Assembly: GCF_016433145.1 (NCBI RefSeq)
Contig: NC_058133.1
Location: 371,824,761 to 371,888,760, forward strand
Length of the DNA: 64,000 nt
Reading direction: 5' to 3'
Source: Gracilinanus agilis
Taxonomy: Eukaryota
The position numbers and the translations under genes are program-made. The notes under the pieces were generated by a model that made no database searches, was not told the origin of the DNA, and saw nothing but the letters and a program-made list of their open reading frames with translations. Below are positions 36,723 to 46,185 of this stretch, piece by piece. Every line of letters begins with the position of its first letter. The first letter of the stretch is position 1.

Positions 36723-37821
36723 TGTAATAAGTGGATAAAACAAGTGGATGGGGTTTGTGGGTCCCTGCGTCAGTAGGTGGGAAAGGAGGGTACAATGGTG
36801 GAGGTAGTAAATTGAGGTGGTAGGAGATGTAAGGGAATGACTGAGTTTAGGGAAATATAAGATGATGAAGTAGAATGAGTGGCAAGGGGAGAGAATGAGA
36901 TAGTTGGGCAGGCAGCTGCAACAGGGAGACACAGACTGGGTACACAGGCTTGAGACAGATGACACTGAAGGGAAACAGGCTGAACCCTTCAGGTAGGAAG
37001 GGCACTTCTACAGACAAAAGGTTAAGGCCAGCCAGGAATGGTTTGAAACTGACTAGAGGGCTTTCTAGTCAATTTCTCATGTTCACAAAGGAAGTGTCTG
37101 TGAAACAGATGGGCTTCTTCAGAGGAAGTATAGAGATCACCACTTCCTCCAAGATGGATGCCTCCAACTCCCCTCAGGACCCAGAGAGAAACTATTCCTT
37201 TCTCTCCTTACCCTCTTTTATCATTCAATCAATAATTTAGCCATAGGTTTGATTAAATGACAACAGGGTTTATTAAGTTGGCAGGGTTGAATATAAAGGA
37301 CAGAGGGATATAAGGTTTCCCTTACAACAGCCTAGGGAGAAGCTTCAGGTTGGGGAGGGAAACAGGAATGAGAGACTGAGAAAGGGCCTGCCCTCACTCA
37401 GCCCTGGGAGGTTTTGTTGCCTTTGAGGTTAGGAAAGTTACACACAATGAATCAGGAGATAATTTGTATCAAGGGTAAGCTCTACTTGACTATGGGGAAA
37501 AGTAAGTCTTCAAAGTTTGATTGCTATCGCCCAAATCCACCCTACTCCCAAAACCCACAGGAAATTAGGAAGGGAAATGGTGATTGGAATAGGGAAGGTC
37601 AGGGAGATCCAGAGTAATTAGCTAAGCTACAAAATCTCAAGAGAAAAGGTACAGAATCAAGGAATCAAGGCCAGGTTTCAGCCCCAAGACCAGCTCAGTT
37701 GACCCTTCTGCTCTGACCGAGCCTCCAGGACCAAATGCTTCTAGTCAGGGTTCTAAACCCTCTCAACTGCCAGAAATTCTGCAGTTAGCCTTTTGCAGGT
37801 TGTTTGCACCTTTGCACTACA
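36723..37821 (-). mobile_element. 3' LTR of minus-strand ERV (ERV-A), ~1.1 kb
   Basis: Minus strand TGTAGTG...ATTACA, preceded by purine-rich PPT-like gaaagagaaatgagcaaaa; AATAAA at ~37270. Confidence 0.72.
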
Positions 37822-39823
37822 TTTTGCTCATTTCTCTTTCTAAATTTGCAGCTTGCAACATTTTCTGGTTACTAAGGTCTAAGGCAACAGTCAGCAACCA
37901 TAAATGCCTGGGGAAGGAGGAGGATGGAGGCGGAAGGCGCTGGAATATGGGGCAGGGGCTGAAGGGCCCCCTGGGGCACATCCTGGGGCTCTGCCCAGAC
38001 TGGCCGGTCGGAAGGTGGAGCCAGATATGGCTCGAGAGGCATACTTGCTGATCCCTGGTCTAAGGGATTACTACTCTTATTTTAAGCTAAATTCTAACTA
38101 ATCTCTTATCTCTAAGATTACAAAATAAGAAAAAAGGGTTGCTATCTCCTAAACTATGCTAAGACTAGACTAAGCTAAACTAGGATGGGTTATGGTAAAG
38201 GCATAGGAAAGGAATGGGGATTTAAGTTTGCAAAAAAAAGTTTTGAACAGAAAGGAAAAACAAATTAAATGTAAACATTCACAAACATTCTTAAAAGCTA
38301 ACATTTGCTAACTAGAACAAAGTAATGAATTCTATCTATGTATCTATCTAATTTTATGAACTAACAAGAAAATATTAACTAAGAAAAAATTTTGCAATCT
38401 AAGCTCCTAAATTCTAGTTCACTTTCTAAAGTTAGTATATGAATACATTAGTACACTTATGCCTATGTTAAAAATGTTTAGTAAGAATAAGTAAGACTAT
38501 AATTATTTGTAAGTCTATTGGTCAAACCACAGACTTATGCTATGTACAATATTTACAAAGAAAGTTTGAAAAAATCTGTCCCTATTCTAACTTATCAAAC
38601 TAACTAAACTGTCCCTGTGTGTTACTAAAACTTATTGTTAAGGGTTAGTAAGCAAAATTTACATAATTACATGAAGTGTCAGGTGATTTGAATAGAAGGT
38701 GTCTGAACCAAGGTAAGAGAAAATTCTGTGCTAAGGCAGACATGCTCTTCTCTCTTAAGTGTAAGTTTAGTGTTTCACATGTAGATGTGAAGTCAGGAAA
38801 ATGTTTTAGGTGTTGTCTAGTGTGACTTATCCGTGTAATGAGGTGTTACATACTTACTCCACCGAAATTCTTTTGCAAAGTGCATGTACTCCTTGGATGG
38901 AATCTAATGTTGTATGCAGTGAGAATTCTGTTTGGTGTAAGTTATCTTCTTCAAATACATGTGTCCAACGCTGATCCGATGCTCCTCTTCACAGTGTGGA
39001 TGAACTTCTTACAATTGGTGTATTTGGTCACAGATGTCTTGTAGTTCTCAGGTTTGCTGTCCTCGTGAAGATCTGTGAAGTCAGCAACGCCTCACTTATG
39101 TCATTTGATGTTATCCTGAGCTTCTCAGCTTGCACTGGAATTGCTGTTTTGGTGTTGACTTGTGTCATTTGATTCACCTGCGCTTGTCATCTTGCACTGG
39201 AACTGATGTTCTAGTGTGTTGACTTGTGTCAGGAACAAAGTTCAAATGTCTATCAAATGTGAATAATCTTTCTTTTTTCTTTGTGGTTTAATAAAAATGA
39301 TTATAGGTAACAAAAGAAATCGTGATTAAGTCTTTGTGCTTTTCATTTATTTGTCGATATCAGTTTCTAGATGTGGGATTGATTGTAAATCAAATGTTGT
39401 GTCTTCTTCTTTCGTTGATTCTTTTCTATTGTCATAATTGTTTACAGATGATTCTTCTAAGTGATTGGGATTGGGATAATCATTTGGGTATAAAATCTGG
39501 TATAATATCTGATTGTTTATTGATTCTTGGTCTAATTCTGGTTCTGATTCATGCTACGATTGTTGTTCTGATTGCTGCTCTGGTTCTATGGTCTCATGTA
39601 TAGGCTGTGGACTTTCTGAGGACTTATTTGAATGATTGGTTGGTGCTAGTTGATCTTTGTGCTGTATAGTAACTGGGTCTTGTGGTTGTTGTTGGGACAT
39701 GTCTTTTGCTGGCTTGACATGGGTGACATGGAACCAAGGATCCTTTCCTTTAATTTTGACTGCACTAGGAGTAGTTAAAATTATTTGAAATGGTCCAAGC
39801 CACTTGGGTTCTAACACACTACA
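37822..39823 (-). mobile_element. ERV-A internal 3' part: integrase C-terminus plus env-less 3' region
   Basis: LEPKWLGPFQIILTTPSAVKIKGKDPWFHVTHVKPA is the class I integrase C-terminal GPY/F motif; preceded by only a 7-nt TGTAGTG 5' LTR remnant. Confidence 0.8.
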
Positions 39824-39859
39824 CTTGGAACCAATATACAGCATTGTATTGCTAACAAT

Positions 39860-41124
39860 GATTCCCTGGTCCAGACGTTGAAAGATTAGATCAAACTGCT
39901 AGTTAAGGCTAATAGATAAATCCATGAGAGGAAGCAGTTAGATGAACACACTATTCTCCAATTGGAGATAATTTAAACCAACCAAATTGGGCACAGGCAC
40001 AAATTCAAAATCTAGGACCTCTGAGGACAAGGCTACTGAGATGGAGATCACCTTCTCTGTTCTCCCAATCGTGGGTCGAACTATTCTTCAGCTGGAGAGG
40101 TATATATTACACACCAAATCCTATAAAGCTTTCACCCCTAATGATCTCTAAGTCCTCAGATGCCGTTTCCCCAAATTTTACCTCAGTCCATATAAAAGTA
40201 TAAAGGAAATGAAAAGGGCCTTCACCCTTTTTCAACCCAAGTTTTGCAGATGTTGTGTTTTTACTGGGGGAGTTCTTCTCTCCATCTGAAAAGGACAAAT
40301 TCCTCAATGAGACTAAGACCAATCCTAACTTGATTGAATGGCCTACCATGCACCAGGACCTTGAATTGACATCTCATGTCAACATGAGATATTTACTGCA
40401 ATGCCAGACTGATCTCTTGTAGGCTATGTGTCTCCATGCCAAAAGACCAAATTCATGGTCTAAATTTGAAAGATTAAAGTAGGGGGAAGACAAATACCCC
40501 AGCAATTTCCTCGACAAATTAATTGAGTCAGCTGAGATATTCCTAGGCTTGAGAGACATTCAATCACTCGAGACTGCTGATCATATCAGGAAACAGCTGT
40601 GAAGGGTGCACTTCTGCTGATCCAACAATATTTCAGGCAGAGCTGTCCTCAATGAGAAACTCTATCTCTTGAGGATTTGAGACAACATGCCTCATACATC
40701 CATGATTCAAAGGCCAAAGACCTAAAAGCTATTAAGCAATCAGAAACAGATATGGATGCAGTAATTGCAGACCTTAAAAAACAATTAAAGCAGGCTAAAA
40801 AAAGACAAAGAGATTGAGAAGATTAAGAACTTTGTGTTCCAGGCCAGTAGGGGGCATAGTCAGTCTAGACAGCCTAACACCTTTAGGTGTAAAAACAACT
40901 CCAAATGGTGCTTCCTTTGCGGGTCTTTTGGTCATTTGGTATGGACATGCCACTTTAAACAGCAAATAAACTTCGGGAAGGGCAATAACACTAGCTCAGA
41001 CCAAAGAGACCACAATGCTAGGAAGACCTTCTATAATTCTAGATGGTCTAGCAAATCTGGAAAAGTAGAGATTACTAAGCATGGTGATCAGTGCTGTGAT
41101 TACTCATGCAAGAAATATAGTTAG
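39860..41124 (+). pseudogene. ERV-B gag (CA, MHR, NC), 5'-truncated and disrupted
   Basis: WSKFERLK*GEDKYPSNFLDKL resembles the MHR; CFLCGSFGHLVWTC is a CCHC knuckle at ~40909-40950. Confidence 0.85.
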
Positions 41125-42440
41125 TCACCATCCCTAGACCAGATGGTAAGATATTTGAAAGAAGGTGAAATTCCAAAGCACTTATGAAGTGAGGCCATAA
41201 TTTTGACTGACAATGCTGTTAATGAAGTTTCTCACATGGATAGAGGCATGATGCATGTTTCTGATAGACTGGGCAAAGAAGAGCATATGTCTTTTGCAAG
41301 CTGCACAGAAAACAATGGCATTTCTGTTGCAGAAGACCAAGAATGGGTAGATATAATGCAAATGCGACAAGAGATTTTTGAGAAAACAAGTGATGACTAT
41401 AAAAGGGGTCAGCTTACACATTCCACCTCAATAGGATTGGATGTGAAGCAAAAGGACTACACAGGAATTTGCAGTGGCTTGCCTACAAGAAGCATTGCAA
41501 TCCTGTTTGAAGTCATCAAAATCACTAACTCCTTTTTTTATTCCAAGTTAAACCAACTGGATAGCTTGGATAAAGAAGAAAACATTAGGGATTTACAATG
41601 TATTCATAAAGGAATATCATCTATAACCTTAGAGGAGTTGTGTCCCAATGTGCTACACCATTCTCTTGCTTTAGACATAAAGAATTTTGATTCGGTTAGA
41701 GAGATAGCTTCATGGAATCTTGAGAGAGGCTTGGTTTCTGTAGAGCAGGACACTGTGTTACTGAGTGATAGAAGTAACATAGGGGAACCTTTAGCTACAC
41801 TTCTCAATCCCCAGGCTAAGGAATTCATACCTGAAGGCTAGGTGAGAGAGACTCATCATGATCTGACATCTCAAGTAGCTAAAAGAGTTCAGTAATAACA
41901 CTAATGAGAACTGCTCAGTGACTGAGGTTAACAAAAAACCAAGTTCAGTCATACAAACTGCAGGGCTGGACCGTGAACTCCAAACAATCTTTGAGTTAGG
42001 AGAAAATAATGTTGAAGTAGTGGAGGGAGTAGATGATGTCTGTACCCTGAAACCTGACACTTCAAAAGGGGAAACTTCTAGTCTTGGAGACTGTCGAGCT
42101 CAGAACATCAGAGTGGGAGAAAACTAGTGAAAACTCCACCTTTCCAGCCACTTTCAGTCTGAACATTCTGTGAGCTCTGTTGAAGCCAGCTCTGTTTCCA
42201 AGGTTACTCTCAGCCCTGCTCCAGCTCAGAGGAGCTGTCTGCTCTCTAGCTCAACATTCCATTTAGGCTCTGACAGAGGTAGAACTTCCAAAGACACTTC
42301 AGAGGTCTCTGCTCTAACTGAAAATGCTGACACAAGACATGACGGAGTGCTTGTTCAAAACCATATGCAAGACCAGATCCAAACTCAAGGCACACAATCT
42401 ATTGAATCCCAACTATCGCTAATCCCTATTAAATCTAATA
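41125..42440 (+). other. Gag-protease extension of unknown function with PAM2-like motif
   Basis: Frame continues from gag to protease with a few stops and one frameshift (~41882); includes the 212-codon ORF 41203-41841 ending LLNPQAKEFIPEG*. Confidence 0.65.
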
Positions 42441-44204
42441 GCCATAAGGAACCCCTGATAACCATAAATATTGGGGGGGGGTGTCCTATGATACTCTCAT
42501 TGACACTGGGGCTACTTGTTCTGTACTCAGGCACATTCCAGAAGGATGCAAATATCAGGGAAGTTTGAGAATGAGAGGTTCTTCAGGGCTAGCACAACAA
42601 GTCCCAAAATTTAGAGGCAAAATGGTGAAACTAGGCCCTCTCACAATCGATCACACTTTTCTATTGATGCCTTTGTGTCCTTCCAATCTTGTTGGGAGGG
42701 ATCTTTTATGTAAATTAGTGGCTACCATTCAATGCCAACCAGATGGACAGATCTACCTCTATTTACCTAAGAGATCCCTGAAACACCACCCAATTTTATT
42801 TTTAGACCCATGCGAGGAGGAACCAATTTACCATAATGAAAATAGTGAATATCAGGTTCCTCATGACATTCCTGATTATGTTTGGGCTAAAAATTCCAAT
42901 GATGTTGGAAGAATTCTGTCTGCAGAACCAGTAAAGATAGAGGTCAAGGAGGGAATACCATCACTAATTCCTCAATTCAAATTGAGCAAGGAAGCTACCA
43001 AAGGTGTGAGACCCATAATAGTCTTTTAGACTAAGGAAGATATGGCTTCTCACAGTATAACAGCCCTATCATGGCTGTGAAGAAAGCAAAGTTGACTCCT
43101 GATGGGCAGACTCAATGGCGATTGGTACAAGATCTAAGAGCTGTTAATAACCACGTTAAGAAGACACATGCAGTGGTTCCTAGTCCATCACAAATTATAA
43201 CAGCTATACCAACCACAACTGAATGGTTCACTGTCATTGACCTGTGCTCAGCATATTTTTCTGACAGTCAACAGCTGTTTGCCTTCTCTTGGCAAGGCAA
43301 ATCCATCTTGTGGACAAGAATTCCACAGGGATTCATAGATTCAACATCTGTCTTTTGCCAAATCTTGCAGAGAGACCTTGAGTTGATCACCTTCAAAGAC
43401 AGCAAGATGGTGCATTATGTGGATGACATCCTTCTGACATCACCATCTGCTTCCATTTGTCAAAGGGACACTGTGCATTTACTCAAAGAATAGGCAAATG
43501 GAGTCATAAGCTGTTCAGACTGAAACTCCAGTGGGTAAAGAGACGTGGAGTATTTAGGATTCATTTTGGAAAAGGGCACTAGGAATATTTCCCAATAAAG
43601 GACACAGGATACACAGAAATTGAGCTTGCCAAAGACCAAGAGGCAGCTCAGGGCAATTATTGGAGTAACGAGCTTCTGCAGAAACTGGATTCCAGGTTAT
43701 GCTCTCATTGCTAAACCTTAATAGAGCTGACCAGGAAGGAAGGAAGTCTCAGAGCAGTTGAAATTAAATAAGGAGCATATCCATGGCATCAAAAAGCTCA
43801 AGGCGCTAACTCTATCTGTGCCAGTCCTAGGCATCCCTAATCATGACAAACTTTTTCTATTCTATGTTCATGAAGATAAAGGGATAGCCTCCAGTGTTCT
43901 CACACAAACATTTGGGAATACCCTCAGACCCATTGCATTTTATAGCTCAAAACTAGACCCAGTCATCTGTGGAATGCCAAATTGTCTGAGAGCCTTCGCT
44001 GCTGTAGTCATCATGGTGAGAAAATCTGCTTCTTTGGTATTAGGGGGTGAGCTGATAGTGTATTCCCCACATCAAGTGGAATCTATACTCAGGAATACTA
44101 CTCTACAAGCTTTCACTTCCCAAAAGTTATCACAATACCAAGCAATCCTGTTGGCTAATGAGAACATCACATTTCACCAATGCAAAAATATAAAACCTGC
44201 AACT
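42440..44204 (+). pseudogene. ERV-B protease, RT and connection domain
   Basis: PLITINIGG / LIDTGATCSVL (protease); WRLVQDLRAVN, FTVIDLCSAYF, PQGF, YVDD (RT); RPIAFYSSKLDPV; several frameshifts and stops. Confidence 0.93.
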
Positions 44205-45103
44205 TGTAATGCAAGGAAGATGTATAGTGATGTAAGGGTGATATAAGGTCAGCCAAGGGACCTTAGGCAGATGTAGAAGTTGGTATGTGAAGTAGGGGTC
44301 CTACAGCTAAGCTGAATGAAGGTCAGATGAACTCTTTCACCAGCAAGGACAAGACCCTTTTCAGATCAGGATTTTCTGCCTCTGCCCCAGGAGTTGGAAC
44401 CAATCAAATGGACAGTTGGTATAGTTTCATGAAGGAGGTTGGGACTTCCTGAAATGTAACTGCTTGATAAAAGCTGGCCAACTAAATTTATTCTGATCTG
44501 ACTGCTGGAGATAATTGCCCCTTGTTAAGGTAAAGCAATGGCTTCAAAATCTTTAAGCTTGAAGTTAAAATGGGTTTATTGGTAATTAAATTGAAATCAG
44601 GTAAATGGGAGTTGGAAAGTGGGTGAAGATAAGCTAAGATTTTGGTTAAACTATTCACTAAATTACTTTAGAAAACACAGATTGATCTTTCTAGGTACAG
44701 TAGTATGAGAGAACCTTGAGGGCAAATCTCAACTCTGATACAATTGGTTGCTGACCCAGATGGTGATGACTTGATAGTAGGATTTCTTGTTTTTAATAAG
44801 GGTTGTTGGGTATGCCAAAGAGCTGTTGAATTTGGCTAGCAATGGTAGTTGTTCCTATAACTGCCTAATAAATCTACCCAAAACCACCCAGACCACCCAG
44901 GGCCCACTTTTCCACCCTTTACTCCCTAACCCTGGAGTTCAGAGCCAGAAGTGAAGTCAGGGGTCTGGGGACCCCTTTTTATACCCTCACTTCAACTGTC
45001 ACCCTGGCAACTGGCCTGGGTCCTCTGCCAGGTTCTATGTTCTAAAGTGGCAACTGCCAGCTTGCACCCTCATGAAATGTGGTTGCAGTTTTTGCATATA
45101 ACA
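44205..45103 (-). mobile_element. Nested solo LTR (899 bp) inside ERV-B pol
   Basis: TG..CA ends; TSD aact/gact; pol frame KPAT|LIPDLP rejoins across it; minus-strand TATAAAAA ~44980 and AATAAA ~44578. Confidence 0.88.
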
Positions 45104-45107
45104 GACT

Positions 45108-46185
45108 CTGATTCCTGATCTGCCTTTAGAAGGTGAAAGTCTACACAACTGTGAAGATGCACTGGACATTGTGCACAAGATGAGGGAAGACTTATATGAT
45201 ACACCCATAGATAATTCCGAAATGACACTCTTCACCGATGGGTCGACTTACATGGCAGATGGACAGAAGTTTACCAGTACAGCAGTAGTGACAGTCACTG
45301 AGACCTTATGGTACTCATCTCTCTTCCATCTATAATGAGTGCTCAAGGGGCAGAGTTACTAGGTTTGCCACGTGCTCTCCAATTAGCAAAAAACTAAAGA
45401 GTAAACATTTTTACTGACTCTAAATATGCTTTTGGAGTAGTGCATCATTCTGGGGAATTCTGGAAAAATTGTGGCTTTATAACATCCAATGGCAAGCAGA
45501 TTGTGTACAGCAATATCATAAATGAGCTATTGCAGACACTCCAATTACCATTCCAAGTTTCTGTAATTCACAGCAGAGGGCATAGTAAGATTCAAGGGCC
45601 AAGAGAATCAGGGAATAGAAAGGCCAATATCACTGCCAAATTCGGGGTGAGGTATGGACCAATTTCAATCCTGAACTTGTCCTTGGTGGATGAAGTTGAT
45701 CTGAGAAATGCCTACTCTCCAAGGGAAGTGAAGGATTGGAAACATCTTGGTGCATACTTAGCTAATGGAGTTTGGCTGGCCACAGATGGTAAACCTCTTT
45801 TACCAAAATCCTTGTATTTTACCTTCTGCAACACTCTATATCAAAAAGGCCATTATAGAACTTTGGGATTGATGGATTCAATATGAAGATACTGGCATGC
45901 AAAATGAATTACTGAATGTGCAATGAGAGTTTGCCAGAAGTGAACAATTTGTATGCAGTACAACCAAGCTATTACCAAAGTACATAGCTTTAGGAGGCAA
46001 ACAACTAGCCTATATCCCTTTTGAGTGCATACAAATTGATTATATAACCATGCCTAGGTGTCAGAGATACAGGTATGCATTAGTAATTGTTTACAGGTTG
46101 ACTAAGTGGCCAGAAGCTTTCCCAGCTAGACATAATACAGCAGCTTTTGTAGTTAAGATCCTGCTGAGGGAACTATTTCCAAGCC
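45108..46185 (+). pseudogene. ERV-B RNase H and integrase N-terminus/core, 3'-truncated
   Basis: LFTDGSTY, FTDSKYAFG, IHSRGH, GNRKA (RNase H); IQIDYITMPRCQRYRYALVIV..TKWPEAFP (integrase), ends at LLRELFP. Confidence 0.9.

Noticed and set aside
36723-37265. Separate plus-strand LTR (tgtaat...gacaaca)
   Set aside because: No TSD, and the minus-strand reading gives one continuous LTR with the same layout as 44205-45103
36723-46185. L1 twin-priming retrocopy of an ERV RNA
   Set aside because: The geometry resembles it, but the 3' LTR runs ~550 bp past AATAAA to a CA end with no poly(A), and a 5' LTR remnant is present
39860-46185. APOBEC-type G-to-A hypermutation of the ERV
   Set aside because: The stops inspected look like ordinary C-to-T changes or indels; no consistent TGG-to-TAG pattern was seen by eye
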